DNA from: the human T2T-CHM13v2.0 reference genome, Homo sapiens | DNA length: 64,000 nucleotides | Direction: 5' to 3' (one strand) | Assembly: GCF_009914755.1 (NCBI RefSeq) | Contig: NC_060925.1 | Shown: positions 34,571 to 49,940 of the stretch, one piece after another | Layout of the letters: the number at the start of each line of letters is the position of its first letter | How positions within the stretch are numbered: the stretch's first letter is position 1 | Made by a program: the position numbers and the translations under genes | Notes under the pieces: generated by a model | Seen by the model: only the letters and a program-made list of their open reading frames with translations | The model's database searches: none | Told to the model about the DNA's origin: nothing

Positions 34571-36983
34571 ATTTTAAAAATATATCTTTATGTTGAAGAT
34601 CTTAAAGTCATAAAAACACTTAAAAGAAAGAAATGCTCGAACAATCCTAGGAGCTGTGGTGGGAAGAAACATGGGCAGTCATGGATGGAAGAAGGCCTGG
34701 ATCCAGTGTGATTACTACGGCTTCAATGCCTTGGTTGATCACTGTATACCTTAATGCTACTATGAGACATAAAATACTAGTAGTGCTAGCCTAGGTTTGA
34801 AGGAAATGGATGTGGAATGATGAGCAACAAAACTTCCACTATCTGATGGAGCAGACAGAAAAACATGGGCTGGATAGTCCCCATTCCTTGAGAATTATTC
34901 TCACCATTTTTTCACACCCAAGCACCAAAGGAATTTACAATAAAAAGAGTCTTCCAAAATAGCAGTGCAATGGTGAATACACAAGAAATTTCCCTGAGGG
35001 GCACAGTTGCTTGTCAGGGAGGGGCAGCAAAGTATTCTCTGCACAACAATCCTAGGTTGTGGCTTTAAAGACTCTCTGTCCTGGGACATCTCCCTCCACC
35101 ACCAGGATAGGCACATTATTTGTTAAGGTAGCTGGAATGCCTTGGAGAATATGAATTCCTGACAAAAAATTAATGAGAAATGTGAGGAATATACTAATCA
35201 CATATAAACCAGGAAATCACAGATGTCTGAACATATTAAAAAAAGTACATGAAGCGATGGACACACTTACTACTGATCAGAGAATGGTAAATAAATAAAA
35301 ATGGGATATCACTTTATGAATAACCATATAGCAACCAGTACAAAAATGGACAATATGAGGTGTTGGTGAGAATGATGAGGAGCAACAATTTACATCCTCT
35401 CTCAGAGATGATATACTTCAAAACTGCCATTCTGCAAAAGTAATCTCTCATTACAGAAATCAAGTACAAGAATAGACTCAATAATGCTATCTGTGAGTGA
35501 ATACAGACTGATGACATTCTTACAGAAAGATAAGTTGGTTATATTACAATATTCATTCCAGAGCTATTTGTGGTTGAGAGAGCTAGAGTAACATGTTAAA
35601 ACATTGTAGTAGGTCCCAGGGGAAATGGACTTCAAGATTAGGAATAAGGGGATAAAATGTGTAAGTAAAGCAAGAGTGAGACCTTTCATAGGCCAATAAT
35701 ACTTGCATACCATGAAATGAGAAACACAATTAATTCAATTCTTGTCCCTGAAGTGCACAATGGGAGTTGAGAGAAGCATGCAAAAATAAAATCATTGTCT
35801 TGGTCTTCAAGCAGCTTACTTTTTTTTTTGTTGTGTAAAATAGCATTATAACCTTATAATAATTAGAAAATTAACTAGAATATTGCAATGTCTTTATGGT
35901 ATAGATAACAGACAATTATATCTGCTGGTATTTCCCTATTTAGACAGAAAAATAAAATCAAAAGAAATTCATGCAAAAATCATCCTATTATAGAATTAAA
36001 AGTATAAAATAAGATTAATTCTGTGTCTTTCACTTTTATAATTTTAATTATAGATGTTTTGGTAGAAAATTTATAGTTAACTATTCAACTAAAACACAGT
36101 TAAAACTTATGTATTTAATTTCAACAAATTCCCAAAAATGTTTATTTTAGAAAAGCTGTATTGCTGTAGCTTCCTTCTTTGTATGTTCACTCTTGCTAAT
36201 GCTAAGTGTCCTCCCTGGATTCTTCATCCTATGGCCTGATAATATTGATAATGTTCCTGAACAACATACCCATGTACACTGCCTAGCTTCCACTCGCACA
36301 CTAATCTTACACATTGGGCAATCTGACTATAAAGCTTTCTAATAGGGAGTCCATAGGTATTGGTTTGTTTGGAAAGTCCTGATTTACATGTGTTGTCCAA
36401 ACAGTTATTAATAGAGCCCCTCTTTTACTCTCTAAGTGTCCCTGTTTGTACAAGCAATTATATGGTTCACCTACTAATCACTACTTAATGTCTCCAACAA
36501 ATGAATAATTCATTGTGATAAAAATCAAAGTCTCAAAAGTAAAAAATATTTATGGCTATTTCCTTTTCAAATTTCCCACATTAAACTCTCACCTTATGAA
36601 CAGAATTAAAATTGTACAAGTTTTGTCAGTATTAGGAATGGATTCTAGCATAAATTTAGAATTAAAGTTAACATGTGACTTCGAAATGGACATATTGTTA
36701 ACCTGAAAACCTTTTCGAAGTATTTAGATCCTGGTCTCCTATGCCCCCTAGAGATACAAGGGTTTTTGTTTTGTTTTGCTTTTCTGACTTATGCTACTGT
36801 AAGAACACTTTACTAATTTTGCTCAAAGGAAAAGGTCTAAATATTATAAAAAGTTATATTTATAAAATATGTTATAAAATTGATAATGAAAATAGAAGAG
36901 TATATTAAAACTTGAGTTGTATAAATATTAGAATCTCCATTTGTATGTTTTAGAGAATAAAGAATATTAAGAATTAATTTTAC

Positions 36984-37047
36984 CTTCTGCATAGAGTTCT
37001 CCTGAGATTATCAATATGATGATAAAAGTCAGGTTTTTCAACCTCAT
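36984..37047 (-). CDS. F13B: F13B exon 1 coding part (signal peptide MRLKNLTFIIILIISGELYAE)
   Basis: CAT at 37045-37047; 64 nt translate to the FXIII-B signal peptide; donor GAAG|gtaaaa, phase 1. Confidence 0.97.
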
Positions 37048-37134
37048 CTTCAGTGGTGTGCTTCACAAAGATTTTAACAATTCTAAGCACTAGGAACTTG
37101 TCATTAAGTACACAATACTTCTCTTGAGGAAAAA

Positions 37135-37147
37135 GTTAATAATTTAT
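37135..37147. promoter_or_regulatory. HNF1-like site in the F13B proximal promoter
   Basis: GTTAATAATTTAT versus consensus GTTAATNATTAAC (2 mismatches), about 90 nt upstream of the ATG of a liver-specific gene. Confidence 0.6.
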
Positions 37148-37377
37148 AACCTCTGTCTAAGTCCTTTTGTAACGAGTCTTATATTTCACTTAAAATATTT
37201 TGAAATAATGTTAAAATAACACAACTATATTAATTGACATTACTTACCATGTCAGAGTCCAGTAAGAGCATGATAACTGATTAGGGCAACAATAGCAGCA
37301 GAATAAATAATAAATTATAGCAGCAGAATAAATAATACTAGGTAAATTTTCAACCTAAGTTCCCAATTGTAAATTCA

Positions 37378-37391
37378 TAGAGTAAAGTTCA
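37378..37391. promoter_or_regulatory. Possible HNF4/DR1-like site
   Basis: tagagtaaagttca resembles the CAAAGTTCA core; motif match only. Confidence 0.3.
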
Positions 37392-38813
37392 CTTGAGGCC
37401 ATAGATCTTTACTAATATTGATCAGGTAAAAAGATGAACTTAGGAACATGAGATAACAGATACCTGATGTTGAAATATGTTGTTGCCTAGACTGCACTCC
37501 TTAAAGAGATACAGAACCATAGTTGTCTCAATGATAGAATAGTATTACTTATAATAGTAGTGTTTGACATTTAGAGAGTTTTTACTTTGTGGCAGGTGGT
37601 GAGATCAGCACTGTGCTATATCAACATTCATTCATGAGAAATGTTTAGAACGTCCATGATAATGGCAGCACATGTAACAGTTTTGAGGTATTTAGCAGTG
37701 AAAAAACTGGATTAAAATTATTGCCCTCATGGAGTTTACATTCTAATGAGTTTTAATTTAAAATACAAAATAGGAAAAAATGGTGGATAGGAGGCAGGAC
37801 TAACTTGCAGCTCCCACTTGGATGGACAGAGCAGGATGTGGAGACTCGCATTGTGAACTTTTGCTCCAAGAACTGCTGCAAGGATATAACAGGAAAGCCA
37901 AGATAATCCACAGACCCTCTGAAGAAAGTATATTGCTCCTGCATGACCCAGAAAATAGCCCACATACTGTGAATGCCCAAACTGTGAAAAGTGTGAAAGG
38001 GGTATTGTCCACCCCTGAACACACACCCTTGGGGAACCTGAAGGTCTAGATCACAGGAGAAGGATTTGACCTTACCTGGAGCTCAGACAATTTAGAGAGC
38101 TGAGCGAAATACAGGGGTAGAGGAAGCAAAGGGTAAAGCCCCATCGTCTCTGTGGGTCCCCAGAGAAGCCATTTCTGACTTGTCTCACAGGGGCTGCCGG
38201 AGGAACTGGGAAAAGACCACAGGGAGAAGGAAACCTCCAGCTGAACTTAGTAACAATTCCAACCGAACACAAACTTTCCTGTCCAGAACTCAGGAAAGGG
38301 CGTGAATCTGGTGTGCAGACTTAACAGGTAGGGAGGCACAAAAGTCTGGCTTGCATTCTCAGCTGGGAGGCTAGTAGCCTGGGGCAAGTTCTCAATCCTG
38401 CTCCCCTACTGCCTGGAAACAAATTCGGTGCTTTTTGGGGGAACACAGTAGAAGTGAGATTTGCTTGTTGGGTTGTGTGAGAGCTGGGTGAGGTCTGTAA
38501 CTGCCAGCTTTCCCCCACTTCCCTGACAACCTGCATGACACAGAAGAGGCAGCCATAATCCTCCTGGGAAGGTAACTCCATTAACCTGGGAATCACACCC
38601 CCATTCCCCACAGAGCCACAACAAGCCCCACCCAAGAAGACTCTGAGCTCAGACATGCCTAACCCTGCCCCCACCTGATGGTCCTTCCCTACCCACCCTG
38701 GTAGCTGAAGACAAAGGTCATATTCTCTTGGAAGTTCTAGTGTCCCACCCACCACCTGATCCTCCCCTATATACCACAGCTGATGCTCTCATGAAAGCAC
38801 TACCTCATGGCAG

Positions 38814-39477
38814 TGTGTCTGGAATTGGTTCCTTCCAATGGGTTCTTGGTCTTGCTGACTTCAAGAATGAAGCTGCGGACGCTTGCGGTGAGCATTACAG
38901 TTTTTAAAGATGGTGTGTCCGGAGTTTGTTCCTCTGATGTTCAGATGTGTCCAGAGTTTCTTCCTTCTGGTGGGTTCCTGGTCTTGCTGACTTCAGGAGT
39001 GAAGCCGCAGACCTTCACAGTGAGTGTTACAGCTCTAAAAGATGGTGCGTCCGGAGTTGTTTCTTCCTCCTGGTGGGTTCGAGGTCTTGCTGACTTCAGG
39101 AGTGAAGCCACAGACCTTCGCGGTGAGTGTTACAGCTCATAAAGGTAGTGCAGACCCAAAAAGAGAGCAGCAGCAAGATTTATTGCAAAGAGCGAAAGAA
39201 CAAAGTTTCCACAGCCTGGAAGGGGACCAGACCAGGTTGCTGCGGCTGGCTCGGGTGGCCAGCTTTTATTCCCTTATTTGGCTCCGCCCACATCCCGCTG
39301 ATTGGCACATTTTACAGAGTGCTGGTTGGTCTGTTTTTACAAAGTGCTGATTGGTGCATTTACAAACCTTTAGCTAGACACAGAGCGCTGATTGGTGTGT
39401 TTACAATCCTTTAGCTAGACAGAAAAGTTCTCCAAGTCCCCATTCGACCCAGGAAGTCCAGCTGGCTTCACCTCTCA
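38814..39477 (-). mobile_element. Solo LTR12 (ERV9 LTR)
   Basis: Minus-strand TGAGAGGTGAAGCC...AGACACA; U5 repeats (gaccttcgcggtgagtgttacagctc); CCAAT repeats; 4-bp TSD gcag at 38810 and 39478. Confidence 0.93.
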
Positions 39478-40481
39478 GCAGGAGGCCAACCAGCACCAAA
39501 CTAGTGCATCAAACAACTACAACTAAGGACCCTCACAGAGTTCCTTTCACTCCCCTGCCACCTCTACTGGAACAGGTGCTGGTATCCATGACTGAGAGAA
39601 CTGAAGACAGTTTACATCACAGGACTCTATGCAGACAACCCCCAGTACCAGCCCAGAGCCTGGTAGCCCTTCTGGTGGCTAGATCCAGAAAAGTAATAAT
39701 AATCACTACAGTTTGGCTCTCAGGAAGTCACATCCCTAGGAAAAGGGGGAGAATACTACATCAAGGGAGCACCCCGTGGGACAAAAGAATCTGAACAGCA
39801 GCCTTGAGCCCCAGATCTCCCCTCTGACATAGCCTACCCAAAAGAGAAGGAACTAGAAAAACAATTTTGGTATTATGACAAAACAAGGTTCTTTAACACC
39901 ACCCAAAAATCACACTAGCTCATCAGCAATGGATCCAAACCAAGAAGAAATTCCTGAACTGCCAGAAAAAGAATTCAGAAGTTTGATTATTAAGCTAATC
40001 AAGGAGGCACCAGAGAGAGGTGAAATCCAACTTAAGGATATCAAAAAAATGACACAAGATATGAGCGGAGAAATCTTCAGTGAAATAGATAGCATAAATA
40101 AAAAACAGTCACAACTTCAAGAAATAAAGAACACACTTAGAGAAAAGCAAAATGTACTGGAAAGTCTCAGCAATATAATAAAACAAGCAGAAGAAAGAAC
40201 TTCAGAGCTTGAAGACAAGGTTTTCGAAGTAATCCAATCCAAAAAAGACAAAGAAAAAAATTTAAGTGAATAAAGCCTCCAAGAAGTTTGGGATTATGTT
40301 AAATGACTAAACCTAAGAATAATTGGTGTTCCTGAGGAAGAAGAAAAATCTGAAAATTTGGAAAACATATTTAGGGAAATAATTGAAAAAAAAAAACTTC
40401 CCTGGCCTTGCTAGAAATCTAGCCATCCATACACAAGAAGCTCAAAGAACACTTGGGAAATCATCATAAAAATATCATTAC

Positions 40482-40789
<308 letters not shown>

Positions 40790-40796
40790 TTATTGC

Positions 40797-41096
<300 letters not shown>

Positions 41097-42847
41097 TCAC
41101 CTAGGCACATAGTCATCAGTTTATCTGAAGTCAAGACGAAAGAATCTTAAGAGCTGTGAGGCAAAAGCACCAGGTAACATACAAAAGAAAACCTATCAGA
41201 TTCACAGCAGATTTCTAAGCAGAAATCCTATAAGCTAGAAGGGATTGGGGACCTATCTTCAGCCTCCTTAAAAAAAATAATTATCAGCTAAGAATTTTGT
41301 ATCCAGAAAAGCTAGGCTTCATAAATGAAGGAAAGATACAGTCTTTTTTAGACAAACAAATGCTGAGAGAATTTGCCACTACCAAGCCAGCACTACAAGA
41401 ACTGCTGAAAAGAGCTCTAAATCTTGAAACAAATCCTGGAAACACAACAAAACAGAGCTTCATTAAAGCATGAACCTCACAGGACCCATAAAACAAAAAT
41501 ACAGTAAATAAATAAATACTTAAATAAATAAAATCAAGGTATTCAGGCAACAAATAGCATGATGAATGGAATGGTACCTCACATTTCAATACTAATGTTG
41601 AATGTAAATGGCCTAAATGTTCCACTTAAAAGATACAGAATTGCAGAATGGGTAAGAATTCACCAACCAACTATCTGCTGCCTTTAAGAGACTCACCTAA
41701 CACATATGGACTCACATAAACTTAAGGTAAAGGGGTGAAAAAAGACACCCCATGCAAATGGACACCAAAAGTGAGCAGGAGTAGCTATTCTTATATCAGA
41801 CAAAACAAACTTCAAAGCAACAGCAGTTAAGAAAGACAAAGAAGGACATTATATAATGATAAAAGGCCTTGTCCAACAGGAAAATATCACAATCTTAATT
41901 ATACATGTACCTAACACTGGAACTCCCAAATTTATAAAACAATTACTACTAGACCTAAGAAATGAGACAGACAGCAACACAATACTAGTGGGGGACTTCA
42001 ATATACCACTGCACTAGATATGTCACCAAGACAGAAAGTCAACAACAACAACAACAACAAAATGGATTTAAACTATACCCTGGGACAAATGGACTTAGCA
42101 GATATATACAGAAGATTCTACCCAACAACCACAGAATATACATTCTATTCATCAGCACATGGAACTTTCTACAAGATAGACCATATGATAGGCCACAAAA
42201 TGAGCCTCAATAAATTAAAAAAAAAAATTATGTCAAACACTCTCTCAGACCACAGTGGAATAAGGTGAAAATTAACTCCAAAAGGAATCTTCAAAACCAT
42301 GCAAATACATGGAAATTAAATAACCTGCTCCTGAATGATCATTGGGCCAACAATGAAAGATGGAAATTAAAAAATTATTTGAACTGAATGACAATAGTGA
42401 CATAACCTATCAAAACCTCTGGGATACAGCAAAAGGTGGTGCTAAGAGGAAAGTTCATTGTCCTAAAGGCCTACATCAAAAAGTCTGAAAGAGCACCAAC
42501 AGATAATTTAAGGTCACACCTCAAGGAACTAGAGAAATAAGAACAAACCAAACCTAAGCCCAGCAGAAGAAAGGAAATAACCAAGATCAGAGCAGAACTA
42601 AATGAAATTGAAACAAAAAAAATTGTTTTAAATATGAATGAAACAAGAAGCTGGTTCTTTGAAAAGATAAATAAAATTGATAGACCATTATATTAACCAA
42701 GAATAACCAAGAAAAGAAGGAATAAAATCCAAATAAGTTCAATTAGAAATGAAACGGGAGATAATACAACTGACACCACAGAAAAAGATCAGTCAAATCT
42801 ACTATGAACACCATTACATGCATAAACTAGAAAACCTAGAAGAGATG

Positions 42848-43223
<376 letters not shown>

Positions 43224-46200
43224 TCAGGAAGAATTAGATACCCTGAACAGACCAATAACAAGCAGTGAGATTGAAGTGGTAACAAAAAAATTACCAACAA
43301 CAATTCCAGGGCCAGGGATTCACAACAGAATTATACCAGACACTCAAAGAAAAATTGGTGCCACTCCTATTGACACCATTTCACAAGACAGAGAAAGAGG
43401 GAATCCTCCCTAATTCATTCTATGAAGCCAGTATCACCCTAACACCAAAACCAGGAAAGGACATGACAAAAAAAAAGAAAACTACAGGCCAATATCCCTG
43501 GTGAACACAGAAATAAAAATCCTTAACAAAATACTAGCTAACTGAATCCAATAACATATCAAAAAGATAATCCACAATGATCAAGTGGGTTTCATACTGC
43601 AGGGATTGTTTAACATACATACCCAAGTCAGTAAATGCGATACACCACATAAACAGAATTAAAAACAAAATCACATGATCATCTCAGTAAACACAGTAAA
43701 ATCATTTGACAAAATCCAGCATCCCTTTATGATTAAAACGCTTAGTGAAATTGGCATACGAGGGACATACCTCAATGTAGTAAAAGCCATCTATGACGAA
43801 TCCACAACAAACATAATACTGAATGGGGAAAAGTCGAAAGCATTCCCTCTGAAAACTGGAACAAGATAAGGATGCCCACTCTCACCAGTTCTCTTCAACA
43901 TAGTGCTGGAATTCCTAGCTAGAAAAATCAGACAAGAGAAAGAAATAAAGGGAAACCAAATTGGTAAAGAGGAAGTCAAACTTTCACTGTTTACTGATGA
44001 TATGATTGTATATCTAGAAAACCCTAAGGACTCCTCCACAAAGCTCCTGGAACTGATGAAAGAATTCAGCAAAGTTTCTGTACACAAAATTAATGTACAC
44101 AAGTCAGTAGCTCTCCTATACACCAACAGCAACCAAGCTGAGGATCAAATCAAGAACTCAACTCCTTTTACAATAGCTGCAAGAAAAAAAAAATACAAAA
44201 AATACTTAGGAATATACCTAACCAAAAAGGTGAAAGGCCTCTACAAAGAGAACTACAAAACACAGCTGAAAGAAATCATAGATGACACAAATGGAAACAC
44301 ATCCCATGCTCATCGATGAGTGGAATCAATATTGTGAAAATGACCATACTGCCAAAAGCAGTTTACAAATTCAATGCAATTCCTATCAAAATACCATCAT
44401 CATTCTTCACAGAACTAGAAAAAACAATACTAAAGTGTATATGAAACCAAAAAGAGAGCCCACACACCCAAAGCAAGACTAAGCAAAAAGAACAAATCAT
44501 TTGGAGGCATCATGTTACCTGACTTCACACTATACTATAAGGCCATAGGCACCAAAACATCATGGTACTGGTATAAAAATAGGCACATAGACCAATGGAA
44601 CAGAATGGAGAACCCAGAAATAAACCCAAATAGTTACAGCCAACTGATCTTCAACAAGTCAAACAAAAACATAAAGTGGGAAAGGACACCCTATTCAACA
44701 AATGGTGCTGGGATAATTGTCAAGCCATATGTAGGAGAATGAAATTGGATACTCATCTCTCACCTTACACAAAAAAAATCAACTCAAGATGGATCAAGGA
44801 CTTAAATCTAAGACATGAAACTATAAAAATTCTAGAAGATAACATTGGAAAAACCCTTTTAGACATTGGCTTAGGCAAAGACTTCATGACCAAGAACCCA
44901 AAAGCAAATGCAACAAAAACAAAGATTAATAGATGGGACTTAATTAAACTAAAGAGCTTCTGCATGGCAAAAGGAACAGTCAGCAGAATAAACAGGGAGA
45001 AAGTCTTCACAATCTATGCATTTGTCAAAGGACTAATGTCTAGAATCTACAAAGAACTTAAACAAATAAGCAATAAAAAAAAAAAACAATCCCATCCAAA
45101 AGTAGTCTAAGGACATAAACAGACAATTCTCAAAAGAAGATATACAAATGGCCAACAAATGTGTGAAAAAATGTTCAACATCACTCATGATCAGGAAATC
45201 CAAATCTAAACCACAATGCAATACCACCTTACTCCTGCAATGGCCATAATAAAAAAATAATAATAATAGATGTTGGTGTGGATTCAGTGAAAAGGGAACA
45301 CTTCTATACTGTTGGTGGGAATGTAAACTAGTACAACTACTGTGGAAAACAGTGTGGAGATTCCTTAAAGAACTAAAAGTAGAACTACCATTTGATCCAG
45401 CAATCCCATTACTGGTTATCTACCCAGAGGAAAATAAGTCATTATACAAAAAAGATACTTGCACAAGCAGGTGATGTTAATAACATCACAATTCACAATT
45501 GCAAAAATATGGAACCAGCCCAAATGTCCATCAACATCAATCAATGAGTGGATAAAAAATTGTGATATATATACAGGATGGAATACTACTCAGCCATAAA
45601 AAGGAATGAGTTAATGGCATTCACAGCAACATGAATGGAACTGGAGACAATTATTCTAAGTGAAGTAACTCAGAAATGGAAAGCCAAATATCATATGTTC
45701 TCACTCATAATTGGGAGCTAAGCTATGAGGATGCAAAGGCATAAGAATGATACAATGGATTTTGGGGATTCTGGAGAAAGGTGGAAGGGGGCTGAGGGAT
45801 AAAACACTACAAATTTGGTTCAGCGTATACTGGTTGGGTGATGGGTGCACCAAAATCTCACAGATCACTGCTAAAGAACTTACTCATGTAACCAAATACA
45901 GCCTGTTCCCCCAATAGCCTATGGAAATAAAAATAAAATAAAATAGAGTACAAAATAATTCTGCAAGGCAGAAGCTATTATTATTTCAATTTTGTATTTT
46001 TTATTAAATGTATTAACAGAAAAGTGTACATATGTTAAGAATTCTCACAAGTCTAAGACATCCATGAATCCACAACCCAGAACAAAGAAGGAATATACCA
46101 GCACCCCAAAATCCCCCTACCAAGTTACTGCCTACATCTACCCTAGTGTTAAACATTATCTTGACTTCTAATAACATAGATCAATCAGTAGTTTTATACT

Positions 46201-46499
46201 ATATAAATGGAATCATATGGGAAATACATGTATATTTTTATGTCTGGTTCCTTTTGTTTAACATTTTGGTTCTGAGATTTATCCATTTGAGGATACAGTA
46301 GATAGCACCTTTTCTAAATAGTATTGCATTCTGTAAATATGCCATAATTTATCCATTCAACTATTTATGTAAATTTGGGTTACTTACAATTTATAAAAAT
46401 CATTGACATCTGCTTATTTTCAAATATTTTTTTCACACAAAACCTCTACCTAGATGCTATCATTAACATTTTACTATCGTTTTCTTACTAATTTTTAAA

Positions 46500-49400
46500 T
46501 GCTTCAATTAACCTAATTTTTCAACAATAGGTCTCCAGAATGTATTCATTTTGCATAACTGAAACTTTGTTGCCTTTGACCAAAACCTCTTTATTTTCTC
46601 TTCCCTGCAATCCCCTAGCAACCACCACCATTTTACTCTCTGTTTCCACTTGTTTGACTGTTTTAAATTCCACACATAAATGAGAGGATGGAGTATTTGT
46701 CTTTCTGTGTCTAGTTATTTCACTCCACATAATGTCCTCCAGGTCCATCCTTGTTGCTGTCAGTGGCAGGATTTTCTTCCTTTTTTAGACTGTATAATAT
46801 GTCATTGTATGCATATAAAGTTGAGCCTTAAAAAAGTGGGGGTTAGGGCTGCTGACTCTCTGCACAGTCAAAATTCTACATATAACTTGACTCTCCCAAG
46901 ACTTAACTACTAATACCATGTTGTGAACTGAAAGCCTTACCAATAACACAAATAGATGATTAACACACTTTTTTTATTATATGTTATAGACCATATTCTT
47001 ACAATAGAGTAAGCTAGAAGAAAGAAAATGTAACTAATAAAATCATAAAAGGAGGAAATATATTTACTAAGTGAAAGTGGATCATCATAAAGGCTTTATC
47101 CTTGTCATCTTCATTTTGAAAAAAGGAGGAGTTATTCTTGTTGTCTCAGGAGTGGCAGAGGCAAAAGAGGTGGAAGAAGTGGAAGTGGAAGCAGGAAAGG
47201 CAGGCAAACTTTGTGTAACTTTATGGAAATGCATTGTAATCTCTGATGTTTTCTTTTTTCATTTCTCTAAAAATGTTTCTACACAGTACCAATCTTTCTT
47301 TCCCCATTTGCTTTAGTTTCTCTGCCCATATCATAGAAGGGTCCATGTCATAAAAGAAGTCAAAAGCAGTCTTGAATAATCAGAACCCTTCTGCCAGATT
47401 GTCTAATGTAAATTTGTTTTCTGGCACTGCTTCTTCTCTATCTTCTTCCTCATAATTTGGCACTGGTTCAGAAGCACTCTTCTCCATCAAGTCTTCTATT
47501 AATTTCTCTGCTGTGGTGTCTATTACCTCTTGAATTTCTGCAAAATTCATATCTTTAAACCTTTCACTCCTTACCTTTTTTTTTTCTTTTGCCATATCCA
47601 CACTCTTCCTTGATTGGCTCCATTGTAAATCCTGTGAAGGCATGCACATCTGGACAGTTCTCTGCAGCAGGAATTTATTGTTTTATGATCGATGGCATTC
47701 ACAGCTATTTATACAACAACAAATGACATCTTCAGTAGTGTAATTCTTCCAGACTTTTATGATGCTCTTTCTTTCAGGGGTTCTCTATCTGGATTCTCTT
47801 CCAGAGCATTGACAATCTTTTCCATATGGTAATGTGTGTAATGAGCCTTAAAGATCCTTATAACCCCTGATCTAGAGGCCAAATTGAGTTGTATTTGGGG
47901 GAAAGAAGATGACTTCTACCTCTTCACTGTTGAACTCATGCGGTTTTGCATGGCTGGGGCATTGTCCAATATCAAAAGTACAGTAATAGGAAGTTCCTTA
48001 CTGGCAAGGTACTTCCTAGCTTCAGGGACAAAGCATCCATGGAACCAATCCAGAAATAGAGTTCTCATTGTTCAACTGAGGTTCTCTTGTCATACAACCA
48101 AGAGACTGGCAACAGGTGTTTCTCTTTTCCTTTCAAGGCCCAGGAGTTACCAACTTTATAGATAAGGGCAGTCCTGATCATAAACCCGACTGCATTTACA
48201 CTAAATGGTAGAGTTAGCATACCCCTTCCTGACTTAAATCATGGTACTTGCTTGTCTTCCTTACTAATAAATGTCCTTTGTGTCAGTTTCTTTTATTTAG
48301 GACATTTTTGTCTGCATTTAAAGTGCATTCAGACAGATATCCTTTCTTCTCAATGATTTTCTTAATGGCACCTGGGAATTCATCTGCTGCTTCTAGGTTG
48401 GCAGAAGCTACTTCTGTTTCCTGACATTTTTAAAACCAAAACTTTTTCTAAAATTATCAAACTGTCTTTTGCTGCCATTAAATTTTCCAGCTTTAACTCC
48501 TTTACTTCCCTTTGGCTGTAAGTTGTCATATAATGACTTTGTTTTTTTATGAATTATGTTATAGTCTATAAGGGTGCCTTTCCTATAACAATCTTGCACC
48601 TACATAAAAGCTACATTCTCAATACAGAAAGATATTTTTCAAAAAGTGCAAGGTTTTTGTCCCTGTTGGCATAGATGCAGTGATGGCTATCCAAATTTCC
48701 TTTTCTTTCTTTACAATGTTCCTTATCCTATATTCATTTACCTTGAAATTGTGGGCAACTTCATCTGCAGACCTCAATCTGCAGTACATATCAAGCAATT
48801 CAAACTTTTCTTTTAGTATCATGACTTTTCTTTGCTTCTTGTGAGCCCTTGCAGTTCACTAGTAGCACTTGGTGTGTGCTTCCTATTGTTATTCAAGGTT
48901 TACAGTATCGCACTAAATACAATGAAGAATACACAAAAACCGTGAGAGATCTCTTTTTACTGCAATACACAATTTACTAGAGTGATGAACTGCTCACATG
49001 GAAATGATTAGCATCACATGGCATTTTAAGCAGATACAACACTGGAGCTCATTACATAATAACAGGAGGTGGCTATGAAATTATCACAGTAGTACAGTAT
49101 ATACAATTAATTTTATGTGGTTATGATTTAATACTGCATATTTATGCTTATTTACATTTATCTCCACTGTGAATGGTCTCATGTATGGTCTGCAGGTGTT
49201 TGTGTGTGTAAATTTTAATACATTTTGACTTCTTTCAATAGATTTGTGTATATTTTATGGTAGTATATAATAAAAGACTATTATCTACATATATTTATGC
49301 ATGCATGGTATATCTAACTTTTTCTTAATGTTTTTAACGTTTCTAGGTTACACAGTTTACCTGCATGTTTTTTCAAATTATCACAAATCTCCAAAAAGTT

Positions 49401-49940
49401 TTCCAACATATATATTGAAAAAAAAATCTGCATAGGAGTGCACTTACATGGTTTAAACCCATGTTATTAAAGAGACAACTGTACTGCTTTTGAAAATTCT
49501 TTCATCAGTGAACACTTGTTTCCATATCTTGACTACTGTAAATAATCCTGCAATGAACATTGGAGTACAGACACCTCTTTGAGGTACTGAGTTTAATTCC
49601 TTTGGACATATATTCAGAAGTGAGATTTCTCGATCAAATGGTAATTCTACTTTTAATTTTTTAAAGAAACCTCCATATTGTTTTCTATAGCTGCACCTTT
49701 TTTACATTTCCACTAACCATGTATAAAGGTTTCCTTTTCTCCACTTTCTGACCAATAACAGGTCTGAGCTGACATCTCATTGTAGTTTTGATTTGCATTT
49801 ACCTAATGATTAGTGATGTTGAACACATTTTCATATACCTGTTAGCAATTTATATGTCTTCTTTGCCAGTTTTAAAATCAGGTAATTTATTTTCCTATTA
49901 AGTTATAGGAGTTACTCATATATTTTGGATACTAATGTCT
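46500..49940 (-). mobile_element. L1MA/MB 3' fragment split by Tigger2
   Basis: Antisense L1 3' motifs at 46500-46817 resume at 49484. Confidence 0.7.
46818..49481 (-). mobile_element. Near full-length Tigger2 with a decayed pogo-type transposase
   Basis: TIR-like ends (c/a)agttg... and ...caactg with TA TSD; ORFs 48619..48822 (HTH-like N-terminus), 48408..48599 and 47380..47649. Confidence 0.88.

Noticed and set aside
38860-39140. Spaced direct repeats that superficially resemble a CRISPR array
   Set aside because: They are the standard LTR12 U5 tandem repeats in a human sequence
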